64,000 nt of DNA from assembly GCA_040766655.1 (NCBI GenBank), contig JAXGQB010000014.1, forward strand, positions 10,955 through 74,954, in the 5' to 3' direction. Origin of the DNA: Anaerolineae bacterium. Lineage in GTDB: Bacteria > Chloroflexota > Anaerolineae > CG2-30-64-16. The notes under the pieces are model-generated. The model did no database searches and had not been told where the DNA came from. It saw only the letters and a list, made by a program, of their open reading frames with translations. The translations under genes and the position numbers were made by a program. Below are positions 9,534 through 18,352 of the stretch, in pieces; the first letter of the stretch is position 1, and each line of letters opens with the position of its first letter.

Positions 9534-10166
9534 TCAGCCCAGCAGTGACTTAGCAAGACGGACCGCAGACGAAGCATCGGGGCTGTAGCCATCTGCGCCG
9601 ATCTGCTTTGCGTAACCGTCAGTGACGGGTGCGCCGCCGATCATCACCTTCACCTTGTCCCGCAGGCCTGCTTCTTGCAGCGCCTTGATCGTGCCACTCA
9701 TCGAAGGCATCGTGGTCGTCAGCAGCGCGGACATGCCGATCAGCTGCGGCTGGTGCTCATGCACTGCCTTCATGAACTTGTCTGGTGCGACATCGGTGCC
9801 CAGGTCAACGACCTCGAAGCCCGCGCCCTCGAGCATCATCGATACCAGGTTCTTCCCGATATCGTGCAGGTCGCCCTTCACCGTGCCCATGATGATCTTG
9901 CCGGCCGGTTCTGCGCCGGATTCGGCCAGGAGCGGTTTCAGCAGCGAGAGCCCGGACTGCATGGCCCGCGCTGAAACCAGCATCTCGGGCACGAAGTACT
10001 CGTTCTCCTCGAAGAGACGTCCGACCTCGCCCATGGCTGCGATCAGGCCATCCTTCAGAATAGCGTCGGCCGTCAGACCTGCACCCAGAGCAGCCTTGAC
10101 TCCGGCCTGAGCTCCCCCCGCGTCTCCGTCCAGGACTGCCTGGTAGATCGATTCCAAGTGAGTCAC
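9534..10166 (-). CDS. Cobalamin-binding corrinoid protein (MtbC/MttC-like methyltransferase cognate)
   Basis: Cap domain plus KGDLHDIGKN (DxHxxG), MSALLTTT, IGGAP motifs. Confidence 0.92.
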   Translation of the reverse strand: MTHLESIYQAVLDGDAGGAQAGVKAALGAGLTADAILKDGLIAAMGEVGRLFEENEYFVPEMLVSARAMQSGLSLLKPLLAESGAEPAGKIIMGTVKGDLHDIGKNLVSMMLEGAGFEVVDLGTDVAPDKFMKAVHEHQPQLIGMSALLTTTMPSMSGTIKALQEAGLRDKVKVMIGGAPVTDGYAKQIGADGYSPDASSAVRLAKSLLG

Positions 10167-10246
10167 AGTTCCTCCTACTTGAACTTCAGCGTGATTTAGC
10201 AGCTTGCCGACAGCTCGGCCGGCTGCCCTTCTTCAGTCCGCACAGC

Positions 10247-10275
10247 ACTATACGTTAAAGCGTGAGGCCGGACAA
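10247..10275 (-). promoter_or_regulatory. Sigma70-type promoter of the corrinoid gene
   Basis: TTGTCC-17-TATAGT on the minus strand. Confidence 0.65.
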
Positions 10276-10402
10276 TGACGTTAATCACCTAGGGCGTAAC
10301 CTTATGGTGCGCCGTCGCACGAATCATTGTCGCAAGCAAGGGCAATCTGCTTCAAGGCGGCCTGCTTCGTCCTGAAGCCAGCAGACGACGATCGTGCGGC
10401 GA

Positions 10403-11788
10403 TCACAGCGTCTGGACCACGTTGCGCAGCCAGAGGCCTGATCGGAAGCGCCACATGGCCAGGATGAACTTGGCCAGCTCGTCTCCTGCCAGGACCAATA
10501 CGAGGACGAAGTAGACGGGCCAGCGCAGCACGAACGCCCCAAGCAGGGCAAGCGGGATGCCGAGCAGCCACATCGGCAGGGTGTCGATCGCCAGGCCGAA
10601 GCGCGTGTCACCGCCACTGCGAAGGATGCCGATGACGATGACGAGGTTGGCGGCCTTCAGCCACAATGCGGTCGACATCACTGTCATCACGCCGCGTGCG
10701 TACGCAACTGCCTCGGGGGAGATGTTGTAGGCCCCGAGGATGAAGCGCGATGCGCCGAAGACGAGTCCCCCCACGCCAAGCCCAACGGCAATCGCGAGCG
10801 CGAGGAACTTCCGGGCATAGTCACGCGCCACATGGACTTCGCCGCTACCGATGGCATTGCCCAGGATGATCGCGCATGCGTTGCCCATGCCGAACAGCGG
10901 CACCAGCGCCACTCCCTCGATGGTGCTCGCGATGTTCACGGCCGCCACCGAGTCTGTCCCGATGCGCGCGTAGATGCCCGCATAGACGTTCGTCCCTAAT
11001 GCCCAGATCACTTCGTTCAGGATCACAGGCGTGGTCGTGACGGCCACTGCCCGGATGAAGGTGCGGTCGATCCCGCGAAAGTCGCTCAGGTGCAGGACGG
11101 GAGGCAGGCGAAGATGATAGGTCAGCGCGAGCAGCACGACGCATTCGAAGAGCCGGGCGATGACCGTCGCCACCGCGGCCCCGACGATCCCCATCTGCGG
11201 CAGGCCAAGGTGGCCGAAGATGAGCGAGTAGGCCAGTACTGTCTTCAGGCTCAACGCGATCACGCTGATGGTCACGGGCAATCGCACGTTGCGTGTCGTC
11301 CGAAGTATGATGCCGAACATCGTGGACAACGCGGTGAACACGTATGAGAGCGCGACGATCCGCAGATACGGGGCGCCCAGGTCGATGACCTGTTGGTCCG
11401 CGGTGTAGAGTCGCAACACGGTGTACGGCGCGCTGAAGGCGACGATCGCGGAGATGATGCTCCCGATCAGGCCAATTGCGAGCCCGATGCCGAAGGCCCG
11501 CCGCAGGTTGCCGAGGTCATGCCGGCCCCAGAACTGCGCGGTGAAGATCGCCGTGCCGCTGCCGGTGCCGAACAGGAACAGGTTGATCAGGTACGTCCAC
11601 TGGTTCGACAGCGCCACCGCCGCTACGTGCGTTTCGCCCAGCTGTCCGATCAGCAGCACGTCAACCGCGTTCAGCAGGTTGAAGAACAGTGACTGGACTG
11701 CGATGGGAAGCGCCACCCGCAGCATGACTGAGTAGAATTTGCGGTCGGAGAACAGCTCGGCAAGCATAAGGTACCAGTGTACCACCAT
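10403..11788 (-). CDS. MATE family efflux transporter
   Basis: About 12 TM segments; DVLLIGQLG, AQFWG, MGIVGAAVATVIAR, GILRSGGDT; the start may be the ATG at 11767. Confidence 0.92.
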   Translation of the reverse strand: MVVHWYLMLAELFSDRKFYSVMLRVALPIAVQSLFFNLLNAVDVLLIGQLGETHVAAVALSNQWTYLINLFLFGTGSGTAIFTAQFWGRHDLGNLRRAFGIGLAIGLIGSIISAIVAFSAPYTVLRLYTADQQVIDLGAPYLRIVALSYVFTALSTMFGIILRTTRNVRLPVTISVIALSLKTVLAYSLIFGHLGLPQMGIVGAAVATVIARLFECVVLLALTYHLRLPPVLHLSDFRGIDRTFIRAVAVTTTPVILNEVIWALGTNVYAGIYARIGTDSVAAVNIASTIEGVALVPLFGMGNACAIILGNAIGSGEVHVARDYARKFLALAIAVGLGVGGLVFGASRFILGAYNISPEAVAYARGVMTVMSTALWLKAANLVIVIGILRSGGDTRFGLAIDTLPMWLLGIPLALLGAFVLRWPVYFVLVLVLAGDELAKFILAMWRFRSGLWLRNVVQTL

Positions 11789-11856
11789 GTCCGGGGAACG
11801 CTAAGATGTGGCGCGCCTCCTGCACATGGGCCCGATCGGAATCCGTGCTGAGCGTT

Positions 11857-11885
11857 TTGGTTGCGCTTCCTGTCACGAGTATAAT
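11857..11885 (+). promoter_or_regulatory. Promoter for the sco-PCuAC pair
   Basis: TTGGTT-17-TATAAT. Confidence 0.55.
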
Positions 11886-11926
11886 GAGGCCTGTCAACCG
11901 GCTCAGCAATCCGAAAGGATCGCCCC

Positions 11927-12517
11927 ATGGTCCGTCACCCGAAGTCAGTGGCCCTGCTGCTGGTGCTCCTCGTCCTGCTAAGTGGATGCAGTCAGTATCG
12001 CTTCCACGGCATTCCCTACGAGCACCGGATGGCAGCGCCTGCCATCATCGGGCAGAACCACGATGGCTCGCCCTTCGACCTCGCAGCGCTTCGTGGGAAG
12101 GCCGTGCTGCTCTTCTTCGGCTACACATCCTGCCCTGACGTCTGCCCGACCACACTGGCCGAGATGCGCGTGCTCTATGCCAACCTGGGAGAACGAGCAA
12201 CCAACACGGCCGTCGTCTTCGTCAGCGTGGACCCCGAGCGCGACACGGTCAGCCGATTGGGCGAGTATGTCCCTCTCTTCAATCCCAACTTCTACGGGGT
12301 GCATGTGAGCGAGGAGCAGCTCGAGGCCATCAAGCCGGCCTACGGCGTCGTGGCGGAGAAGGTGTACTACAAGCCCGAAGATACGGCTGCCGGATACTCC
12401 GTCGACCACACGGCGCGTCTCTATCTGATCAGCCCTGCGACGCAGCTGATCACGTCATACCCCTATGGATCGGACATCACGAAGATTCAAGAAGACGTGG
12501 AATTCTTGCTCAAATAA
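11927..12517 (+). CDS. SCO1/SenC family copper chaperone (lipoprotein)
   Basis: Lipobox LSGC, FGYTSCPDVCP (CxxxC), SVDPERD, VDHT. Confidence 0.93.
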   Translation: MVRHPKSVALLLVLLVLLSGCSQYRFHGIPYEHRMAAPAIIGQNHDGSPFDLAALRGKAVLLFFGYTSCPDVCPTTLAEMRVLYANLGERATNTAVVFVSVDPERDTVSRLGEYVPLFNPNFYGVHVSEEQLEAIKPAYGVVAEKVYYKPEDTAAGYSVDHTARLYLISPATQLITSYPYGSDITKIQEDVEFLLK

Positions 12518-12528
12518 GGGGGAAAGCC

Positions 12529-12990
12529 ATGCACGTCTCAGCCCACTGTCGGCTTGCATTCGTCATCACCATCGTCGTCCTGCTCGCAGGGTGTACCGCA
12601 ATACCCGGCGCCAACTCCACGCAGCCTGCGTCAGGGGTCACTGTCTCTGAGCCCTTTGCCAGGCCATCTCCGTCGGAGGGCGGCAACGGCGGGGCCTTCA
12701 TGACGATCACCAGCCGGGGAGGAGCAGACCGCCTCGTCGGTGCATCGAGCGCGTGGGCGCAGACCGTCGAGCTTCACGAAACCATCAACGATGGGGGCGT
12801 GATGAAGATGCGCCCCGTCCCCTCGGGCTTCGAGGTTCCTGCCACGGGCGCCTTGGAGCTGAAGCCAGGCGGCAAGCACGTCATGCTGATCGGCCTGACG
12901 AAGCCCATGGTGGGCGGCGAGGAGATAGAGATCACGCTCCAGTTCGAGAAGTCGGGGGAAGTGACGGTGAAGGTGCCGGTGAGGCAGTAG
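12529..12990 (+). CDS. Copper chaperone PCu(A)C (lipoprotein)
   Basis: Lipobox LAGC; ELHE...MKM...LKPGGKHVML copper motif. Confidence 0.92.
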   Translation: MHVSAHCRLAFVITIVVLLAGCTAIPGANSTQPASGVTVSEPFARPSPSEGGNGGAFMTITSRGGADRLVGASSAWAQTVELHETINDGGVMKMRPVPSGFEVPATGALELKPGGKHVMLIGLTKPMVGGEEIEITLQFEKSGEVTVKVPVRQ

Positions 12991-13009
12991 CAGTACACCC
13001 TGTTCTCGA

Positions 13010-13408
13010 TCAGTCGCGCACGGTGGCGGTTACGAGGCGCTCGAACAGCGCGTCCAGGCTCGCCTGCGGGTCCAGGCTCAGTCCCGGGTGCACAGGTGAC
13101 GGTTGAACCACCGTATTGCGCGGCGACGTCAGCCAGCGAAATCGCTCGGCCTGGGAGAGCGCGCCGATCTCTCCGGCATCGCGATCGCCGGCCACGATGC
13201 GCTGGATCAGGTCCAGGTGCCGGCGAATCTCGCAGACGTCGGCGCGAGGTGCCAGCAAGAGCAGACGCGGTTCATCCAGCTCGATCCTGGCGCCCAGGAA
13301 ACGGTGCTGCTTGCAGAAGAGAAGCACACCGACGTTGATGAACTCCTCTCGCTCGATGCAGGGCACCAGGCGTACGATGCTGTACTCATAAGGTGCGAGA
13401 ACGGGCAT
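13010..13408 (-). CDS. DUF3037-type protein
   Basis: YEYSIVRLVP..EREEFINVGV..FC...ERFRWLTSPRNTVVQPSPVHPG; overlaps the upstream kinase gene. Confidence 0.8.
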   Translation of the reverse strand: MPVLAPYEYSIVRLVPCIEREEFINVGVLLFCKQHRFLGARIELDEPRLLLLAPRADVCEIRRHLDLIQRIVAGDRDAGEIGALSQAERFRWLTSPRNTVVQPSPVHPGLSLDPQASLDALFERLVTATVRD

Positions 13409-14171
13409 GCTCGGCCTCGTCGACAAACACTTCGGATGCTGCCAACCGATCGGTCAGCCAGCGCGTGTATCCGGTCTGCAGTTCGGCAGCAGAGTGGCCA
13501 TCTGCCAGCCAGGCTTCCGGGACGCGATCCACGAGCTCGCCGAAGAACTCCCCAGACAGTCTTGACTTCATTTCCCCGTCGATCTCATCGATCGATCCGG
13601 CGAAGGGAAGGAGCGCGTGGTCCTTCACCAGCGCGAAGGGCGTCAGCGCGCGCTCGGGCTGAAGGAGCCACTTTGGGTTGTGGTGGAAGAACAGCGCCGC
13701 GCCGTGGTCGATCAGCCACAGGCGCCTTTCGTGCAGCAGGATGTTGACGTTCCGCAGGGTTCGATCCACGTTTGTGACGAAGGCGTCGAACCAGACGACA
13801 GCCGCCGCCTCATCCGGTGACGGGGGCGGCTTGAGCAGCGGGCTGTACTCGAGTGAGTCAGGCAGGAACCGCATCCCCAGGTTGAGTCCGGAGCTTGCAT
13901 TGAGCATCTCACGGATCTCCTGATGAGCCTCGCCCATGCCGAAGTTCGGCGCAACCTGGACCAGTGCAAGCTCGGGAATACGCAATCCCAGCGCACGACC
14001 TATCTCGCCCGCCAACAGCTCCGCAATCAGGGCCCGGCGGCCCTGGGCAGCCGCATGGAACTTGAGCACATACAGCTCGCCGTCGTCGGCCTCGACCAAC
14101 GCGGGCACGGAGCCGCCCTGGCGAAACGGCTGGATATAGCGAACGGCCGTCAGGATCGATGACTGCAACAT
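13386..14171 (-). CDS. HipA-like (PI3/PI4-kinase fold) Ser/Thr kinase
   Basis: GGSVPALV, YVLKF, ELLAGE, FDAFVTNVDRTLRNVNILL, LIDHG; ATG 14171 after GGAGG; extended -10 TGaTAGAAT at 14197-14189. Confidence 0.82.
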   Translation of the reverse strand: MLQSSILTAVRYIQPFRQGGSVPALVEADDGELYVLKFHAAAQGRRALIAELLAGEIGRALGLRIPELALVQVAPNFGMGEAHQEIREMLNASSGLNLGMRFLPDSLEYSPLLKPPPSPDEAAAVVWFDAFVTNVDRTLRNVNILLHERRLWLIDHGAALFFHHNPKWLLQPERALTPFALVKDHALLPFAGSIDEIDGEMKSRLSGEFFGELVDRVPEAWLADGHSAAELQTGYTRWLTDRLAASEVFVDEAEHARSRTL

Positions 14172-14207
14172 CCCCACCTCCGAGCGCCATTCTATCACAG
14201 TGACGCC

Positions 14208-15632
14208 CTACTCCACGATTACCTGCTGCACCGTCCCGCGCCCAAGATCCGTCACGTAGAGCTCCCCATCTTCGTCCTCGCCGAACGAACTGATGGCACT
14301 TCCCGACTCGAGTAGCAGAACGGCGTCTGCCGGCTCGCCGGCATCAAGACCCCAGATGCGGCCGCTGCAGAAATCGGCATACAGGTACGCCCCGGCCAGC
14401 GCAGGAAAGCGTTGGCCACGATAGACATACCCGCCGGTGACGGAGCAGCCATCGGCCCCGTGGTTGTACGTGGCGACTGGACGCTCGAATGCGCTTCGAT
14501 CGCAGCCGGCATCCTGGAAACAGCTGTCGCCCTCGGCGATGGGCCAGCCGAAGTTCAGGCCGCCAGGCGCACCTGACCGCACCACGTTGATCTCCTCGAT
14601 GAGATTCTGGCCGACATCCGCAATCCATAGGTCACCCGTTGCCCGGTCAAAGCTGTAGCGCCAGGGATTGCGCAGCCCGACAGCCCAGGCCTCGTCGACC
14701 ACATCCTGCCCATTCCAGTCGTCTGTCACCCAAGGATTGTCCCCTGGGACAACATACGGCAGCGCGGGATCCTGTGTGACATCCAGCCGCAGCATCTTGC
14801 CGAGCAACGTGGCAGGGTTCTGACCGTTCCCGTATCGGTCGTTCGCACCGCCGCCGTCCCCCATGCCGATCCACAGCATGCCGTCCGGCCCGAAGCTAAG
14901 CATGCCGCCATTGTGGTTCGCCGCAGGCTGATCGACTCGGAGCACGCGCCACTCGCTTGCCCCGTCTGCGACGTTGGGATCCCCCGTAACGCTGAAACGC
15001 GAGACGATGGTGTCGCCGCTGCGATCCGTGTAGTTCACGAAAAAGTGGCCGCTGGTTGCGAAGTCGGGCGGAAAGGCCAGGCCCAGCAGGCCCTGCTCGT
15101 ACCCGGAGCTGGTGAGCCTGTCTGCCAGGTCCAGGAAGGGTGTGTCGAGCACTCGCCCGCCCACCAACAGTCGAATGGCGCCCGTCTTCTCGACGATGAA
15201 TAGCCGGCCACTGTTGTCATCTGCGTGGGTGACGAAGAGCGGGGCCGACAGGCCGTCCGCGACGGGAGACAATGCCAGCCGGACCGTGCCCAGCGCCGGC
15301 CGGCTCGCGGGCTCAGTCACGGCCTCGGGCATGGGGGTCGGCTCCGGCGTGGCAGCCGGCGCTGGCCCCGTTGCCGATGCGATAGGCGCCGTTGTTGCCG
15401 GAGCGGCTGGTGGCGCCTGCGGCTCCTGCCCGCGCGTCGCGGCAGCAGTGGGGGCCAGTTGCGTGGCCACGGCCACCGGAGGCTGAGTAGCAAGCGGGGC
15501 GGACTCGCTGGTGCGGGTGGGAGGAGCCTGGTTCTCCGTCGCCCGTTCGCTGCAGCCCACCAACGTGGCCACCACGAGCATCAGAACAGCGATGTGGGTG
15601 GGCCATCTTACGTTCTTGACGTGTCTTCTCAT
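14208..15632 (-). CDS. PQQ-dependent sugar dehydrogenase (GSDH/soluble aldose dehydrogenase family) lipoprotein
   Basis: Lipobox LVGC, Pro/Thr/Ala linker, EQGLLGLAF, NHNGG..FGPDG..GMGDGG, GLRNPWR, DVGQN..EEIN, SSFGED. Confidence 0.9.
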   Translation of the reverse strand: MRRHVKNVRWPTHIAVLMLVVATLVGCSERATENQAPPTRTSESAPLATQPPVAVATQLAPTAAATRGQEPQAPPAAPATTAPIASATGPAPAATPEPTPMPEAVTEPASRPALGTVRLALSPVADGLSAPLFVTHADDNSGRLFIVEKTGAIRLLVGGRVLDTPFLDLADRLTSSGYEQGLLGLAFPPDFATSGHFFVNYTDRSGDTIVSRFSVTGDPNVADGASEWRVLRVDQPAANHNGGMLSFGPDGMLWIGMGDGGGANDRYGNGQNPATLLGKMLRLDVTQDPALPYVVPGDNPWVTDDWNGQDVVDEAWAVGLRNPWRYSFDRATGDLWIADVGQNLIEEINVVRSGAPGGLNFGWPIAEGDSCFQDAGCDRSAFERPVATYNHGADGCSVTGGYVYRGQRFPALAGAYLYADFCSGRIWGLDAGEPADAVLLLESGSAISSFGEDEDGELYVTDLGRGTVQQVIVE

Positions 15633-15834
15633 CGATCCTTGCCTTCCAGCTTGATTTTCACCTGCCATGATGGAACCGAATCCTTGGCACAGCGTCCTAC
15701 GTTTGAGCTTACGACACGACCAACTGCCTGTCGGTGAAGCAGCACACACTGAAGACGGTTTGCCAAACACCTGCGACTCAGGTAACATCCTGCATGGAGA
15801 CACGGATCGCCCCATAATGAAAGGAGAGTCTTTC

Positions 15835-18162
15835 GTGAGTACGAATCGTCGGGCCCTAACCCTGGCCCTGATCCTGCTGATTACGATCGGCGCCGGCATC
15901 GCCACAGCAGCACCGATCGAAGAATCGAACACGCCCCTCGGTGCAACGCGTGAGCCCTCGGAACAGACGGTGCTGGAGTCGCTCCGTAACAGCATGACCA
16001 CACCGGATGATCCATACGCGGCCGGCGGCTACCCTGACGAACTGCCCGCCTTTGCTGTCCCAGGCCCCGAGGTTGATGGGGCGTTCGCCGAGCCGGCAGC
16101 CTTCAACACCGGCGTCCTCTGCAGTGGGAACGACGTCTGCCTGACGGGCGACTTCAACGCCGATGGGCGTGACGATGTTGCGGTGCTCAAGGGAGATTTC
16201 GCAACGGGCGCAGAGGTGGGCGACGTGCTTGTCGCCCTTTCATCTGGCGCCAGCTTCCAGCCCCGCGCCAAGTGGCTCGAGTATTTCTGCACCGGCGGCT
16301 CGGTCTGCAAGGTGGCCGACGTCAACGGCGACAATCGCGACGACCTCGTCAACTTTGCGCGGGGCGCTGAGGGTAGCCCCAACAGGGGCAACGTCACAGT
16401 TGCCCTGTCCACAGGCACAGCGTTCAGCTCGCCCGCGCTCTGGCACCCGTATTTCTGCATCGGCCAGGAAGTCTGCGACGTCGGCGACTTCAATGGCGAC
16501 AATCGCGCCGACATCGTGCTGTTCAAGAAGAGCCTCTACGCCGGCAGCGAGGGTGGCGATGTACTGGTATCGCTGTCGAACGGATTCAACCAGTTCCTGG
16601 CCGTTGGCAAGTGGCAGGACGTGTTCTGCACCGAAGACGAGCTGTGCAGGGTGGGTGATTTCAACGGTGACAACCGCGACGACATCGTCGCGTTCGCCCA
16701 ACGCAGCATCGTGACGCCAGGCCGTGTCAACGTAGCGCTCTCGCAGGGCGGCAGCTTCAATGCCTCGCCGGCCAAGTGGCAGGACTACTTCTGCCCCGGC
16801 TACGAGCAGTGCGAGATCGGCGATTTCGACGCCAACGGCATGGACGACCTCCTCGCCTTTGCAGGGGGAGGTTACCCGGAGAATCCGTCGACGTACGGCG
16901 ATACGTACGTAGCGCTCAGCGGCGGCAACTCCTTCCTGCCCGGCCAGAAGTGGCACGACATGTTCTGTACGCCAGGCGAAGACTGTGCGGTCGGTGACTT
17001 CAACGGCGACGGCAGGGACGATATCGTGCGGTTCGTGAAGTCCAACGGTTCCGCATTTGTCGCCCTGGCGACCGGCACTGCGACCGGGTTCATCCTCACG
17101 CCCGGCAATCCTCCCGGGAAGTGGGCGGACTACTTCTGCATCAACCAGGAGCAATGCCAGACCGGTGACTTCAACGGCGATGGTCTCACGGACATCGCGT
17201 ACCTGGTGCGCAGCACGCAGGCCGGCGTCGGCGAGGGCGACGTGTTCGTCGCGCTGTCCAATGGCTATGCCTTCGGCACGCCGCAGAAATGGCATGAGTA
17301 CTTCTGCCTGGGCCAGGACAACTGCCAGGTCGGCGATTTCAACGCGGATGGCCTGGATGATCTCGTGTCGTTCAGCCGCGTGACGAACGGGCTGGTCTAC
17401 GTGACCCTTTCAACGGGCAACGGCTTCGGGACGTCGACCCTCTGGAACACCTTCTTCTGCCCCAACCCTGAGTGGTGTGAGGTCGGTGATTTCAACGGCG
17501 ACGGTGCGGACGACATCGTCACATTCCTGAGGAACACCTACGGCGATACGCGGGCCGGCGAGGTCAACGTCGCGCTGTCGGTGCCCAACGCCGCCCAGTT
17601 CGTGACGGTCGGCAGGTGGAACGGCTTCTTCTGCATTGGGAACGAATGGTGTGATACGGGCGATTTCAACGGCGATGGGCGGGACGACATCATCACCTTC
17701 ACGAAGGGCAGCAACGCCAACGTCTACGTAGGTCTTTCGACGGGCGTCAGCTTCCTGGATGGGCAGAAGTGGCACGACTTCTTCTGTGCAGGCAACGAGC
17801 AGTGCCGCATTGCTGATGTTGATGGCGAAGGCAAGGATGATATCGTCACCTTCCTGCGCAGCGATTACGCGGCCACATCCCCCTCGACCGTCGGCGACGT
17901 GATCGTTGGCCTGTCGGACGGAGGCCGCTTCCTGTCGCAGCCGAAGTGGAACGACTTCTTCTGCATCAACCAGGAGTACTGCGATGTCGGTGACTTCAAC
18001 GGCAACGGTACGGCCGATATCGTGACCTTCATCAAATCGACCGTGGGAGACCGGGCGGGCGACGTGTATGTTGCCACCTCCCAGATCGGGACGGGCTTCT
18101 ACTTCACGAACGCGATGCCGCCGGATGCGCGCAGATTGTATCTGCCACTGACCAGGCGATAA
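15835..18162 (+). CDS. Secreted FG-GAP/VCBS-like repeat beta-propeller protein, 12 Cys-paired repeats
   Basis: Signal peptide after AAGGAG + GTG 15835; 12 repeats of W..FC-x5-C.VGDFNGDxxDDIV.F...V.VALS.G..F; ends LYLPLTRR. Confidence 0.88.
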   Translation: MSTNRRALTLALILLITIGAGIATAAPIEESNTPLGATREPSEQTVLESLRNSMTTPDDPYAAGGYPDELPAFAVPGPEVDGAFAEPAAFNTGVLCSGNDVCLTGDFNADGRDDVAVLKGDFATGAEVGDVLVALSSGASFQPRAKWLEYFCTGGSVCKVADVNGDNRDDLVNFARGAEGSPNRGNVTVALSTGTAFSSPALWHPYFCIGQEVCDVGDFNGDNRADIVLFKKSLYAGSEGGDVLVSLSNGFNQFLAVGKWQDVFCTEDELCRVGDFNGDNRDDIVAFAQRSIVTPGRVNVALSQGGSFNASPAKWQDYFCPGYEQCEIGDFDANGMDDLLAFAGGGYPENPSTYGDTYVALSGGNSFLPGQKWHDMFCTPGEDCAVGDFNGDGRDDIVRFVKSNGSAFVALATGTATGFILTPGNPPGKWADYFCINQEQCQTGDFNGDGLTDIAYLVRSTQAGVGEGDVFVALSNGYAFGTPQKWHEYFCLGQDNCQVGDFNADGLDDLVSFSRVTNGLVYVTLSTGNGFGTSTLWNTFFCPNPEWCEVGDFNGDGADDIVTFLRNTYGDTRAGEVNVALSVPNAAQFVTVGRWNGFFCIGNEWCDTGDFNGDGRDDIITFTKGSNANVYVGLSTGVSFLDGQKWHDFFCAGNEQCRIADVDGEGKDDIVTFLRSDYAATSPSTVGDVIVGLSDGGRFLSQPKWNDFFCINQEYCDVGDFNGNGTADIVTFIKSTVGDRAGDVYVATSQIGTGFYFTNAMPPDARRLYLPLTRR

Positions 18163-18176
18163 CGCCCAGGCCTTCG

Positions 18177-18216
18177 GAGGTCCGCCGCACGCTCGATGTC
18201 GCGTGCGGCGGACTTC
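18177..18216. terminator. Long hairpin between convergent genes
   Basis: 16-bp stem gaggtccgccgcacgc/gcgtgcggcggacttc with an 8-nt loop. Confidence 0.7.
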
Positions 18217-18352
18217 ATTAAGCGTGAGAGACCAGCATGCGCACACCGGCCAACCCTCGCGCTGAGAGTGCTGGACGGCCACGCTATCTCCTGCGAGCCC
18301 GCCAGGCGGATATCGCAGATTGAGTTCCTGCGGTGAAAGGCGCGCCGCGGCC

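Noticed and set aside
10167-10240. Cobalamin or SAM-II riboswitch before the corrinoid gene
   Set aside because: No B12-box or GGGAA core; the SAM-II-like gtgattt...gcttgc string is on the wrong strand and lacks the 3' half
15633-16001. Apparent head-to-head overlap of the 597-aa and 831-aa ORFs
   Set aside because: Both are over-extended; SD and signal peptides place the starts at 15632 (minus) and 15835 (plus)
16110-18080. Regularly spaced ggcgacttcaacggcga motifs as a CRISPR or DNA repeat array
   Set aside because: They are degenerate, in frame, and encode the GDFNGD protein repeats
18240-18300. Glycine-riboswitch-like words (GGAGA...CUCUCAG) on the minus strand
   Set aside because: Located 3' of convergent genes and missing the CCGAAGG element
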